Notes under the pieces: generated by a model | Database searches by the model: none | What the model saw: only the letters and a program-made list of their open reading frames with translations | What the model was told of the DNA's origin: nothing | Shown: positions 48,423 through 58,648 of the stretch, piece by piece | Layout: the number at the start of each line of letters is the position of its first letter | How positions within the stretch are numbered: the first letter of the stretch is position 1 | Made by a program: the position numbers and the translations under genes | Assembly: GCA_047601445.1 (NCBI GenBank) | Contig: JASGJH010000001.1 | Location: 4,096,001-4,160,000, forward strand | Direction of reading: 5' to 3' | Source of the DNA: Myxococcales bacterium | GTDB taxonomy: Bacteria > Myxococcota_A > Polyangia > Polyangiales > DASUME01 | Length of the DNA: 64,000 nt

Positions 48423-51400
48423 GCCCCCAGACGTTCTCGTCCCCGCGTCGTCAGCGCGTGCCTGAGCTCGCTCGCAAGTCGCGCTACTTCGTTTGGGTCT
48501 AGTGGCCGATGGAAGTGTCCGCTTTCGACCAGCACGGCTGCTCCCACGTAGCCCTCTTCGTCGCGCAACGGTATTAGCCGATGCAGTGTTCTCCCGAGCA
48601 ACAGACTCTCCGTCGGTCGGCCTTCCTCATTTACGGCGCGCCCGGCCTGCTCGACCCACCAGCCGATCGGCAACGGCGGTGAATCCTTGCCAGACCTTGC
48701 CAGAAGCCGCATTCCGTTCGGGCCCTTTTGAAACAGGTAGGCGGTGTCCGCGGCGCCTGCCGCATGGACCAGCACCGCTAGCACACGCTCGGCACACTCC
48801 GCGAGCGAACGGCTCTCGGTGAGCATCTCCTGCACGGTCACGTGCGAGCCCAACCCCACCACGCCGCTATCCGGCGGTCGCCCGGACACCTCGCGCGTTC
48901 TTCCTTCCTCGAACAGGCGCTCACAGCGCTGGATGAGCCCAGGAATAGCCGTTGGTACGTACCAACCACGCATGGCGCGGGCGTGCTCCTCGTACGCAGC
49001 GCGATCCCCTGCCTGCAGGGCCACCTGGGCGCGCGCCTCGTGAAGGGCGCCGAGCGTGAGCGGGTTCTCGTTGTGCTCGAAGCGTGTCAGATAGGACTGC
49101 AATTGCTCTGCCGCCAATTGCGTGTTGCCGAGCCCGGCCTCGGCCAGCGCGAGTTGAATGGGCAGGTCCCAGTTGTGCGCGGTAAAATCGAGGTCTTCCT
49201 GAGCGATACGCCCGATGGCCGAGAGGCAAACCTCCTTGGCCCGCGCGTGCTGCCGCAACTCATTGTGGGCCCTGGCGCGCACTGCTTGCATGCGTGTCCA
49301 GCCGGTCAGCAAGAGCGGCTCCTCTTCGTCTGGCTCGAGCTCGTGCAGCGCATCCTCGGGCCTGCCGCGCCACAGCAAGTAGGACGCATAGGCGCGGTGT
49401 GCAGAGCACGCCATGGTGGGGATGTCCCGGCTCAGCCGCTGCAGCTCTTCCCAGGCGCGCTTGAGGCCGAGCACGTCGTTGGTCCTCATGCTGATCGCGA
49501 TGTTGCTGGCCGGCGCCAAGGTCTCCGCCTGCCACGCCGAGCCCTTACGAATCGCGTGTTCCTCGACACGCCGGGCGTACTCGTCGGCCAGCGCGAGCTT
49601 CCCGCGATGCGAGTAATGGAGCGTCCGTAGCCGGTCGGCGAACAAGCCGTAGAGCTGCCCGTGCGTCTGCTCGAGCTCGTCGGCGAACGCGAGCACATGG
49701 GAGTCGTCGCGGTACGACTCGAGGACACCGAAGGAGTAGGGAGCGCTGGCCAGAAGCTCGATGCGAGTAGGTTCGTCCATTCCACGTATCGGGCCCCGCT
49801 TGAGCCGCTCGATCAGCCTGAGCCCACGCATCCAGGTTTCATATGGGCGGTCCTGAACAATCGCAGCCGTGGCCATGCAGTACTCGTGAACCAAGCTCGT
49901 CACGTGGTTGCGGCCGAGCCCGGCGAGCGGCTCCAGAACGCGCGCACAGCGCATGGCGCCTTGGGGGTCGTGGCAGATGCAGCAACTCGCCGTCAGTCCG
50001 GCCATGACCTGAAACGGAAGGCGCACCGCTTCGCGAAAGCTCGGCACCAGCGGGTTGCGGCGTTGGCGGACGAATTCGAGACCTGCGTACAGCAGTCCCA
50101 GAACCACCGCCACCTTCTTGCCGAGCCAGGGACGCAGCTTGCGGATCGTGTCGAGCCTCAGGCACTCGGAGAGCCTGTCGATCGTCTCGTCGCCATAGCG
50201 CTTCACCAGTCGCCGATCCACGTAGAAGCCGGCGATCGAGAGGCAGACGAGCGGGATGAGCATCTCATGACTGCTGCGACCGGCACTGCGAAACTCGAGC
50301 AACGCGGCTTCCAGCGCGGGTGCCGCTGCGGTGTAGCTGTCGGCCCCCTTGATTTGCGTGCATGCTCGCACGACGCACTCACCGCCGCGTCCAGCCTGAC
50401 CGCCACGCATGAGGTGAAGCCCGGCAGCCAAAAGCTCCAGGTGAACGGGCTCTTTGCGTCTCAGCAGCACGTCTCCGAAGCGAGCGTGGGCACGCTGCTT
50501 CTCGGCTCTGGAGAGCTCGCCCGCGAGGGTCTCGCGCAACTCTTCGTGGGTGAATCGGTAGCCCTGCGGGGACCCCTCCAAGATGCCCTCGCGCGTCAAC
50601 CCATCCGCCGCAGAGAACGCTGCGCCATGGGGCCCATCGAACACCGCGGTGCACGCCTCGAGCGGAATGACACCAGCGTGAACGCTCAGCATTTTTCCGA
50701 GGCTTCGCTCCGAGGGCGTCAGACGCTCGAGTCGGCTCTTGAGGACGTCGAAGCGGGTCGCTGGAAGCGAGATGCTCGAGACGTCGTATGGGATGACCCA
50801 CATGCCCTCGACGAAGCGGATCACGTCCGTGCGGACGAGGTAGTCGCAGAGCTCGAGCACGTGAGCAGGGTTGCCCAATGAGACGCCGTACAGGCGCGCA
50901 GCCAGGCGGGCGAGGTGTGGAACCTCCCCGAACACCGAGGAAAGAAGTTGATCTATGTCGCCGGAGCTCAGCGCGCTCAGGCCAAAACGCGTGGCCCTTT
51001 GCGCAAAGAGCTGGGCCACCGAGCTCGCATCTCGATGAGCCAGCGGCGACGCCGTCGCGAGCACGATGAGATCGCAGCGCTCGGCTTCGATGGCGAGCGA
51101 CGTCAGCCAGGCCAGCGACGGCTCGTCGACCGCGTCGAGGTCATCGACGAACAGGGCGAGCGGCTGCTGAGAGGCAACTGCAGCGAACCAGTCGTGCAGA
51201 GCCGTCTGCAGGAGAATGCGACTCTCGCGAGCATGGAGCACGGCGGGCGCAACCGCGTCACCACCCAGCCTCATGCGCAGTCTCTCGGACAGATTCGAGA
51301 GTACGTGCGCATGCGGTTTGGCCGCCGCCAAAGCCGTCTCGGGCAGCGCGTCGAGGAGCAGGGTGCCCAGCGCGGTCGCGGCCCCGTACACCCCCTCGTG

Positions 51401-52462
51401 GGTGCCGCCCTGAGCATACAGCACGGTGCGTCCCTCGAGACGGAACTCGATGCCAACCTCCTCGAGCAGTCGGGTCTTGCCGATGCCGTCCGAGGCTTCG
51501 ACCAACACGCCCGTACCGTGGCCTTGTTTCGCTCGCACGAGCATGCTTCGCAGCTTCGCGCGCAACGACTCACGGCCGACGAACGCGTGGCTTGCCAGGT
51601 AGGTACCGGCCAGGCCTTCGCTCTTGTGCGGAGAGAACCCGGCGATTGCGTCGAGCTGGTCGATCAACTCGGCGGGGCTCGCTGGACGTGCGATGGGATT
51701 GATGCTTAGCAAAGCATGGAGCAGTCGCCGGAAGGTTTCGGGGACGGGCGGCAGATCGCGCTGCACCTGATCGTCGATGCGAATCGAGCTGGAGCCGGGC
51801 GGGTTGCGCCATAGTTGAGTGAGCTGTGTCAGTGTACCGGCTGGATACGCGTGGTCTCCGACCAAGAGCCAATAAGCCAGGGCCCCCAATGAGTAGAGAT
51901 CGGAGCGTCCGTCGATCGGCTGACCATAGAGAGCCTCGGGAGGAACCAGGGCAGGGACTCCGGCGACGTCCTCGGCGATGCCGAATGACGCCAGGGTCCC
52001 GAAGTCGATCAACTTGATGGTCCCCTCTGGCCGGCGCCACACATTTCTTGGGCTGATGTCGCGGTGTACCAAACGCCTCGTATGAAGGACTCCGAGCACG
52101 GACGCCACGTCGCGCATGACGCGAGAGACTTCGCGCCACGGCATGGGGGCTGCGTTTCGCAAATCGGTCCCCTCCAGCATCTCCATCGTGTAGTACGGTC
52201 CTTGGGCATCGACTCCGAAGTCGTAAACCGTGAGGGCGTGCTCGTGTCGCAGCGTCGCGAGCGTGTGGTACTCGCGCTGGAACATCGATACGAGGCGCGG
52301 ACTGGCGTCTGGACGCAGTCGCTTTAGCGCGAGCACGCGGTCATTCGATTCGTCGCGAACCTCGAGAACCGTCCCCATGCCGCCCGTCGCGAGGGTGCGG
52401 AGTGTCCGGTACCTGCCGGAGATCAGCGACGTGCTCTTCTCGTAGCCCGAGGTTCGCGTCAT
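48419..52462 (-). CDS. Large Ser/Thr kinase + AAA/STAND-like ATPase + helical-repeat protein (paralog of 40390-44160)
   Basis: GGMG, HRDISPRN, DFG, PPE; GIGKT, LFVDD, GNP. Confidence 0.88.
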   Translation of the reverse strand: MTRTSGYEKSTSLISGRYRTLRTLATGGMGTVLEVRDESNDRVLALKRLRPDASPRLVSMFQREYHTLATLRHEHALTVYDFGVDAQGPYYTMEMLEGTDLRNAAPMPWREVSRVMRDVASVLGVLHTRRLVHRDISPRNVWRRPEGTIKLIDFGTLASFGIAEDVAGVPALVPPEALYGQPIDGRSDLYSLGALAYWLLVGDHAYPAGTLTQLTQLWRNPPGSSSIRIDDQVQRDLPPVPETFRRLLHALLSINPIARPASPAELIDQLDAIAGFSPHKSEGLAGTYLASHAFVGRESLRAKLRSMLVRAKQGHGTGVLVEASDGIGKTRLLEEVGIEFRLEGRTVLYAQGGTHEGVYGAATALGTLLLDALPETALAAAKPHAHVLSNLSERLRMRLGGDAVAPAVLHARESRILLQTALHDWFAAVASQQPLALFVDDLDAVDEPSLAWLTSLAIEAERCDLIVLATASPLAHRDASSVAQLFAQRATRFGLSALSSGDIDQLLSSVFGEVPHLARLAARLYGVSLGNPAHVLELCDYLVRTDVIRFVEGMWVIPYDVSSISLPATRFDVLKSRLERLTPSERSLGKMLSVHAGVIPLEACTAVFDGPHGAAFSAADGLTREGILEGSPQGYRFTHEELRETLAGELSRAEKQRAHARFGDVLLRRKEPVHLELLAAGLHLMRGGQAGRGGECVVRACTQIKGADSYTAAAPALEAALLEFRSAGRSSHEMLIPLVCLSIAGFYVDRRLVKRYGDETIDRLSECLRLDTIRKLRPWLGKKVAVVLGLLYAGLEFVRQRRNPLVPSFREAVRLPFQVMAGLTASCCICHDPQGAMRCARVLEPLAGLGRNHVTSLVHEYCMATAAIVQDRPYETWMRGLRLIERLKRGPIRGMDEPTRIELLASAPYSFGVLESYRDDSHVLAFADELEQTHGQLYGLFADRLRTLHYSHRGKLALADEYARRVEEHAIRKGSAWQAETLAPASNIAISMRTNDVLGLKRAWEELQRLSRDIPTMACSAHRAYASYLLWRGRPEDALHELEPDEEEPLLLTGWTRMQAVRARAHNELRQHARAKEVCLSAIGRIAQEDLDFTAHNWDLPIQLALAEAGLGNTQLAAEQLQSYLTRFEHNENPLTLGALHEARAQVALQAGDRAAYEEHARAMRGWYVPTAIPGLIQRCERLFEEGRTREVSGRPPDSGVVGLGSHVTVQEMLTESRSLAECAERVLAVLVHAAGAADTAYLFQKGPNGMRLLARSGKDSPPLPIGWWVEQAGRAVNEEGRPTESLLLGRTLHRLIPLRDEEGYVGAAVLVESGHFHRPLDPNEVARLASELRHALTTRGRERLGA

Positions 52463-52756
52463 GGGTCCCCCGCGCGGGTGCAAGCGCAACCCGTTGGCTC
52501 TTCGGGTACTCTCCCGCAAAGGGCTGGAATTGGCCACTCATCGCACTCGGTTGGGTTCCCGCGCTGGCGCCCGGGTCCGCGCGTCACCGCGCGCGTTCCG
52601 TCAGCCTTGGTCAGCCGCAGCTGTTCCGTAGCCACGGAGCGCACGCTTGCACTCGGCCCGGCCCGCACGGCCTTGGCAGCCGCGTGAGGCCCGATCGTTC
52701 TTGATTCGGCTACGGCGTGGTCGGATCCGCGGAGCGACCTTCCGAGTCGGTCGACG

Positions 52757-52880
52757 GATCGCGTCGATCCCTGCCAGAATCAGGTCCACGCCGGCGATGA
52801 ACTGCTCGCGATCGTCGTACTCGCGCAGCTGCATCGCCACCTGGCGCGCGAACGGGTAGGCTGCCGCGTCGAGCTGGGCA
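52757..52880 (-). pseudogene. TetR-family regulator C-terminal remnant
   Basis: LDAAAYPFARQVAMQLREYDDREQFIAGVDLILAGIDA with no HTH upstream. Confidence 0.65.
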
Positions 52881-52885
52881 CGCTT

Positions 52886-53080
52886 GCTGCAGCCAATGCA
52901 GTCGGCATGGGCGCGCTGTCCCCGATGGCGCCAGGACAGGCCATCACCACTCATCACGAGGCCGGAGGCGTGCTCCACATCTGTGTGCAGCTGAAGCGTC
53001 CGCTCGAATGATTCGCCGAGATCGATTTCAACAACGCCGTGGCCGCCACGGCTCGCGTGGCAGGCGAATTCCAGGGCTGG
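52886..53080 (+). pseudogene. Internal fragment of a TetX-like FAD-dependent monooxygenase
   Basis: AVGMGALSPMAPGQAITTHHEAGGVLHICVQLKRPLE*FAEIDFNNAVAATARVAGEFQGW with in-frame TGA at 53009. Confidence 0.6.
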
Positions 53081-53102
53081 AAAATCCAGGAGCCGTGCTT
53101 GG

Positions 53103-55292
53103 GTGAGCGCGCTCCGAATGCCTCGTCGAGTTCTTCAGAAATGGGCCCGCGGGCCACTCGGGAGCGACGTCCACGCCGTAAGAAGCGCCTTTGCCAGAGG
53201 CTCCACGCACAGAGAACACGTCGAAACCGTCACGTTGGAAGCGGACGTCGCTGCGTGGTACCAGATCAGGGCCATGCTTTGCATGCTGCGCCTCCGCAAG
53301 AATGCGAGTAAGCGGGTCCTAGGGCCGTGGCCGAGCAGGCCGAGGCGTACCGAGCGCCCACGTAAGGAACCACCGTCCCAGCCGGCGCAAGCAGTGCCTC
53401 CATCCGAAGTCTCCTCACCTAGCGCAGCCCACGAGACCCTGCTCGAAGAAGCCGGGCGTGTGGCTCACCTGGGGAGCTGGACTTGGAACCGGCACACGGG
53501 CGAGATCCGCTGGTCCGATGAGTTGTACCGGATTTTCGGTCTCACCCCGCAGAGCGTACCGCCCAACGCCGACGTCTTCTTCGGCGCCGTCCACAGCGAA
53601 GATCGCGCCAAGGTCCAAGTCAGGCTGGATCGCACGCTGAATGCGCACACCATGGAGACCATCTCATTCCGTGTGGTTAGGCCGAGCGGGGAGATTCGCT
53701 ACGTTCGCTCGGACGCGGCGTTTCTGGGCGATCCGCGCGACCCCGAGAGCGCCATCGTCGGGACCATCCTCGACGAAACGGACAAGGAGAGCTTGGCCAC
53801 CAAGCTCACCCATGTCGTGGCGGAGCTAAACGACGCCCAGGATATTGCAGGTGTTGGCAGCTGGCGCTGGGACAAGTCGGCAGATTGCCTGGAATGGTCC
53901 GAAGGCATGTACCGGCTATTCGACATGAGGGATCGGCCGGCCCCTTCGGAGGCACTGTTTTTCGCTCACGTGCACCCAGACGACGTCGAGAGGGTCAAGG
54001 CAGCGTCCGACAATGCGCTGGCGACAGGCGAACCCGGTCAGTTCGATCTGCGCATTCTGCGGGACGACGGCACCGTGCGCGAAGCCACTCTGCGCTCGCG
54101 GGCCCTGCTCACCCCGGAAGGCCAACTCTTTGGTTTCACGGGCATCCTGCAAGACGTCACGGAGCGCGCACGGTTGGAGCGGCAGCTGCGCCACGCGCAG
54201 CGGATGGAGGCCGTCAGCACGCTGGCAGGTGGGGTGGCGCACGACTTCAACAACTATCTTACGGTGATCCAGGGGCACCTGGACTTACTCGCCCTGCGCC
54301 AAGCCGACTCAAGCCCACTGCAAGCTTCCCTCGGAGCGATTCGGCATGCATCGACGCAATGCGCGATCTTGACCCAGCAATTGCTGACCATGAGTCGCAA
54401 ACACAGGGGCGCCCTCGGGCGCGTCTCGCTCACACGCCTCGTCCGGGGGATGGAGCCGACCATCCGCAGCATGCTCGTACCGAAAATTGTTCTGCGTTTG
54501 GAGCTCGCCTCCGAGGCGTCCGACGTCATCGCAGATGCATCTCAAGTGGACCAAGTGCTGATGAATCTGATCATCAACGCGCGAGACGCCATGCCTGACG
54601 GCGGCACGCTGACCCTCGCGATCCACGAGGAACCCGCCCATGCAAGAACTTCGGAGGCCCCCAGAAGGATCTGCCTCTCCGTGACGGACACCGGAACGGG
54701 AATTCCGCAAAGCATTCTGCCGCACATCTTCGAGCCATTCTTCACGACCAAGGAAGTAGGACACGGCACCGGCCTTGGCCTCTCCACCGTCTACGGCATC
54801 GTCCAAGAGGCCGGAGGCAGCGTGGACGTCGTCAGCGAAGCGGGGCGCGGCAGCTCGTTCCGCGTCCACTTTCTTGCGGCTGAAGCCAGTGCGGAGCAGA
54901 CCAGCAACCCTTTGCGGGCGACGCGGACACGCGGCGATGGCAAGCGCATTTTGGTCGTCGACGACGCAGAGGCCGTCCGCCAGGTCACCTGCGCGCTCCT
55001 GGCAGACGCGGGCTACGAGGTGCTGACTGCCGACGATGGAGAGGCCGCGCTGACCCTGATGGAGAGGGAAACCGGAATCGATGCGGTGTTGACCGATATC
55101 ACGATGCCGAAGATGGATGGCCGGTCCCTCTACTGGGAGCTCAGCGAACGACAGCCGCAGGTTCCCTGCTTGCTGATCACGGGCTACGCCGACGAACGCG
55201 CGGACTCCGTCCCCAGCGGCACCCAGCCGATTCTGCGCAAGCCCTTCTCTGCGGAAGACCTGCTAGGTGCGGTCGCGCGGTTGTTCGCCTGA
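53103..55292 (+). CDS. Cytoplasmic PAS-PAS hybrid histidine kinase (true start probably downstream)
   Basis: GSWTW..WSDELYRIFG, VHPDD, AGGVAHDFNN, receiver TDITMP. Confidence 0.9.
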   Translation: MSALRMPRRVLQKWARGPLGSDVHAVRSAFARGSTHREHVETVTLEADVAAWYQIRAMLCMLRLRKNASKRVLGPWPSRPRRTERPRKEPPSQPAQAVPPSEVSSPSAAHETLLEEAGRVAHLGSWTWNRHTGEIRWSDELYRIFGLTPQSVPPNADVFFGAVHSEDRAKVQVRLDRTLNAHTMETISFRVVRPSGEIRYVRSDAAFLGDPRDPESAIVGTILDETDKESLATKLTHVVAELNDAQDIAGVGSWRWDKSADCLEWSEGMYRLFDMRDRPAPSEALFFAHVHPDDVERVKAASDNALATGEPGQFDLRILRDDGTVREATLRSRALLTPEGQLFGFTGILQDVTERARLERQLRHAQRMEAVSTLAGGVAHDFNNYLTVIQGHLDLLALRQADSSPLQASLGAIRHASTQCAILTQQLLTMSRKHRGALGRVSLTRLVRGMEPTIRSMLVPKIVLRLELASEASDVIADASQVDQVLMNLIINARDAMPDGGTLTLAIHEEPAHARTSEAPRRICLSVTDTGTGIPQSILPHIFEPFFTTKEVGHGTGLGLSTVYGIVQEAGGSVDVVSEAGRGSSFRVHFLAAEASAEQTSNPLRATRTRGDGKRILVVDDAEAVRQVTCALLADAGYEVLTADDGEAALTLMERETGIDAVLTDITMPKMDGRSLYWELSERQPQVPCLLITGYADERADSVPSGTQPILRKPFSAEDLLGAVARLFA

Positions 55293-55357
55293 CGGACCTG
55301 CGCAACACGAGCCGATACGCAAGGATCAATCCATCTCGAGCCACGGTCTCGTGAAGA

Positions 55358-56599
55358 CTAGCTCGAGGTGAGGACGATCTTGGTGACCTCGGGGGCCGAG
55401 CCCACGCGAGCAGGTGGTCCCGCCGTGCCGAAACCTCGGTTGACGTAGAGCTGGCTCTCGCCATGGCTGTAGTGTCCGCGTACATAGCCGTGACGCAGGA
55501 CGAGCTGGGCTGGATTGATGAAGAGCGTGATCTGTCCGCCGTGGGTATGCCCGCTGAGCGTGAGATCGGCCGCTCCGTGGGACTCCTGGAAGTAGCTCGG
55601 GTTGTGGCTCAACAGGACGCGCGCGAGGTCGGGTGGAGCACCGTGGAACGCTTGATCGAGTCGTGGCCCCGCGCCTCCGAAGTCAGGCGCCATCACGTCG
55701 TCGAGTCCTGCGAGTACAAGCCTTCCACCCGCATCGCCCCATACGACGTGGCGGTTCTTGAGCACTTCCGCCCCCGCGCCACGGAGCGCGGCCTCGACCG
55801 GCTCGACTCCAGCGTAGTAGTCGTGGTTGCCCGGAATCGCGAACAGGCCGCGTGGTGCACGATCACGCAGCGCGCGCACGAAGCGACCGAGCACGGGCGC
55901 GAAGCGGGCATCGTGGTCCAGCAGATCACCAGTGAGCACGATGATATCCGGCTTGGCCTGCTGAACGAGCTCGAGCGCGCGCCGGAACTCGGGATCGCCC
56001 ACGAACAGACCCACGTGGATGTCGGAGAGCTGGACGATGCTCAAGCCGTCGAGGCTGCGCGGAAGTTTGGCGAGGCGGACCGGGACGGTCTCCAACGTGA
56101 AGTCATGGCGACCGATGAGCGCGCCGTAAAGTGCAGCGCCCATGCCCACCGAGGTGGCGCTCCCGACGGCCGCTTGCTTCAGAAAGTCGCGCCGAGCCGA
56201 AGTCGCAGGCACGCGCGAGGGCGGCGTGAGGTCCGGCGGCTGCGCAGAAGCTTGAACCTGGGCGGGCTCGGCACCGCGTCCGGCCAGTCTGCGCTGCACC
56301 ACGCCCGCGATCATCACGAAGGTTTCGTAGGGGAGCAGCAACACGCTGCTGATCAGGATGCCAAGCACGATGGCGCCGCCGGCGCTCCCCATGGGGCGAG
56401 CGAGCTCGGGGGCCCCGGAGAGGAAGCGGGAGACCATGGTCATCACGATGCCCGCACCGAATGCGATGGCGACCAGGCGGGACACCCAGGCAGGCGGATG
56501 AAAGGCCTCGCGTATGCGGCGGTGAAGGTGGCGACCGAGCGCGGCCAGGATCCATGCCAAGACGACGAACAGCAAGATCATGCGCAGATGCGGCGACAT
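55358..56599 (-). CDS. Membrane-anchored metallophosphoesterase (YaeI/YkuE-like)
   Basis: SDIH, TGD, GNHD, LSHNP, GHTHGGQ. Confidence 0.9.
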   Translation of the reverse strand: MSPHLRMILLFVVLAWILAALGRHLHRRIREAFHPPAWVSRLVAIAFGAGIVMTMVSRFLSGAPELARPMGSAGGAIVLGILISSVLLLPYETFVMIAGVVQRRLAGRGAEPAQVQASAQPPDLTPPSRVPATSARRDFLKQAAVGSATSVGMGAALYGALIGRHDFTLETVPVRLAKLPRSLDGLSIVQLSDIHVGLFVGDPEFRRALELVQQAKPDIIVLTGDLLDHDARFAPVLGRFVRALRDRAPRGLFAIPGNHDYYAGVEPVEAALRGAGAEVLKNRHVVWGDAGGRLVLAGLDDVMAPDFGGAGPRLDQAFHGAPPDLARVLLSHNPSYFQESHGAADLTLSGHTHGGQITLFINPAQLVLRHGYVRGHYSHGESQLYVNRGFGTAGPPARVGSAPEVTKIVLTSS

Positions 56600-56843
56600 T
56601 CGCCAAGGGTAGCAGTCGGGCGGACGATCGCTTCTCGGCCTGGTTCCCGTGCGGTCCTACGGCGTGCGAAAGGTGGAAAGCACGAGCTCTCGGAACGCCT
56701 GCGCGGCCGCGGAGAGCGCTGGCTGGCGCCGTTGAACCAGGTAGACGTCGGAGGAGTACCGCGAGCTGCGTGCGCGCCGTCATGCCGCGGCGCGCAGTCA
56801 CGCCGTCATCGTGTCCGCTGTTCCAGGTCGAGGTGATCCTGGT

Positions 56844-57194
56844 TCAGATCGCGCGCGGGGCAGAGGCTGTGGTCGAGTCCCCCGTGTTGGCGGTTCCCAA
56901 CGGCTCGATCACCAGCACGTGCACCTCCTCGCGTGCGACAGGCCTGTGCTCGACGCCCTTGGGAACGACGAACAGCTCGCCGGGCCCGAGCGTCACGCTC
57001 CGATCCCTCATCTCGATGACGAGCGTGCCCTTGACCACCAGGAAGAAGTCGTCCGTATCGTCATGCTTGTGCCAAACGAACTCTCCCAGCGCCTTCGCCA
57101 AGAGAAGGTCATGGCCATTGAAGGCTCCGACACGATGCGGCTTCCAGTACTCGGAGAACAGCGAGAGCTTCTGCTCTAGGTTGATGGCATCCAT
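56844..57194 (-). CDS. Cupin domain protein
   Basis: GEFVWHKHDDTDDFFLV, GELFVVPKGVEHRP. Confidence 0.88.
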   Translation of the reverse strand: MDAINLEQKLSLFSEYWKPHRVGAFNGHDLLLAKALGEFVWHKHDDTDDFFLVVKGTLVIEMRDRSVTLGPGELFVVPKGVEHRPVAREEVHVLVIEPLGTANTGDSTTASAPRAI

Positions 57195-57332
57195 GAAGGA
57201 GACGAATGTAGCTCGGCAGGTGACGCTCGGCCTCTCGCGGAACTTCGAAGCACTCGGCGCTTGCGCGCCTGGCATTTGCCGAGACCAGTTCGGGCTTACT
57301 TCTGAAGCGCGTTGAACCGCACGGAGGATTCC

Positions 57333-57884
57333 ATGCAAGCAAAGCTCATCTGCCTTTTTGCGAGCGCCGTCGCGGCAGGCGCGTTCGCCCTCGTGGCTGC
57401 TGGACATACTGGCGCTCAAGACCAACCCGAGGCCTCGAAAAAGCCAAAGCCGCAGTACATGTTCGTGCAGAACGCCGACGGGGTGAAGGTGGAAGGCGGC
57501 AAGCTCATTTTGCAGGACGTGAGTCCCACCACGCTCTATTTCACGGACCGCCCCGTGCGCACCACCGGGCACACCCCCACGACGGACTTTCTCGCGCTCT
57601 GGGGCAAGGGCACCGATAGCTTCGCCAAGGATCCACCCAACGCGACGCTCTCGATCTTCGGCCAGGGCGCAGACAAGGACAAGGTCACGGATGTGGTCGT
57701 GGAGCTGAGCCATCCGCAGTTGCACGGCAAGGACCTGGTCTACGACATCCATCGTCTGGACGGTAATCTCCCAGCGCAAGGCGGGCCTGCGGCGCTGTTC
57801 ATCGACTGGGTCGTGGTCAGGCCGGGCGCAGCCGTAGTCGTTCGCCCCGTTCCAGTGACTCCACACGTCGTGGTCGTTCGTTGA
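57333..57884 (+). CDS. Conserved secreted hypothetical protein
   Basis: GGAGG RBS, signal peptide, MFVQ..YFTDRP..PPNA..LFID. Confidence 0.7.
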   Translation: MQAKLICLFASAVAAGAFALVAAGHTGAQDQPEASKKPKPQYMFVQNADGVKVEGGKLILQDVSPTTLYFTDRPVRTTGHTPTTDFLALWGKGTDSFAKDPPNATLSIFGQGADKDKVTDVVVELSHPQLHGKDLVYDIHRLDGNLPAQGGPAALFIDWVVVRPGAAVVVRPVPVTPHVVVVR

Positions 57885-57991
57885 CTGCTTGTTGTCGCGC
57901 AGGCGGCCATGACCGTCCTAGCGACGCGGGCTGCCCCGAGGGTTAGGTGGCCTCTCGCTCGCTGGCAGGTACCCTTTCGCATGGAAGTCCC

Positions 57992-58582
57992 ATGCGCCGC
58001 AACATCTCCCTCGACCGCCTCGCCGAGCAGGCTCGCCTCTACGTCGCCGGCGACGCGATCGTGCACAAGGCTCCGCATCCCACACTGAAGCCCGAGTACG
58101 ATGCGTTGTATCGCTTCGCTCTCGCCAACGCGCTCGCGCGCTGGCTGACGGTGGCGGTCGGAAAATACCGGCTCGCGCACATCGAGAAGCATCGGGACGA
58201 CTTTCGTCTGCTCGATGCCCCAGAGCAACGCATCAGCAAGGTGCGCTGGTGGCCGGGAAACCAAGGAACGAAGCCGCCGCCCGACGTATTCCTCATCCGG
58301 ACCGACGGCTTCGACAACGATTGGGACACGATCCGCGCCGCGATGGGACGCCCTGGAGGCGCCCCCATCTGGCATGACGATCCCGCGTTGTTCGTGCGCC
58401 ATCCCGAAGGCTACATGTGTCGGTCCGCCTGCATCGGGCACGAGGGTGAGATCTATTTCTTTGCCTACGATCACGAAGACGAGTGGACCGCTCAACTCGA
58501 GCAGGCGGGGCTGAAGCTACGGGGGACAGGGCTCACGGCGTACCTGCGGATCATTCAAACGCTGGGCAGCGTCGCGGAGTAG
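57992..58582 (+). CDS. Hypothetical protein
   Basis: Plausible codon usage; followed by a hairpin. Confidence 0.55.
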   Translation: MRRNISLDRLAEQARLYVAGDAIVHKAPHPTLKPEYDALYRFALANALARWLTVAVGKYRLAHIEKHRDDFRLLDAPEQRISKVRWWPGNQGTKPPPDVFLIRTDGFDNDWDTIRAAMGRPGGAPIWHDDPALFVRHPEGYMCRSACIGHEGEIYFFAYDHEDEWTAQLEQAGLKLRGTGLTAYLRIIQTLGSVAE

Positions 58583-58583
58583 A

Positions 58584-58607
58584 AGCCCTACCCGAACGGG
58601 TAGGGCT
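58584..58607 (+). terminator. Perfect inverted repeat, probable terminator or REP-like hairpin
   Basis: agccctacccg-aa-cgggtagggct directly after the stop codon; T-run at 58616-58620. Confidence 0.65.
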
Positions 58608-58648
58608 CGTAGTCATTTTTCAGAAGCCTCACGACCTCGCCGCAAGGC

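Noticed and set aside
56170..56200. Internal twin-arginine motif SARRDFLK in the phosphoesterase
   Set aside because: A common feature of this membrane metallophosphoesterase family, not a separate Tat gene.
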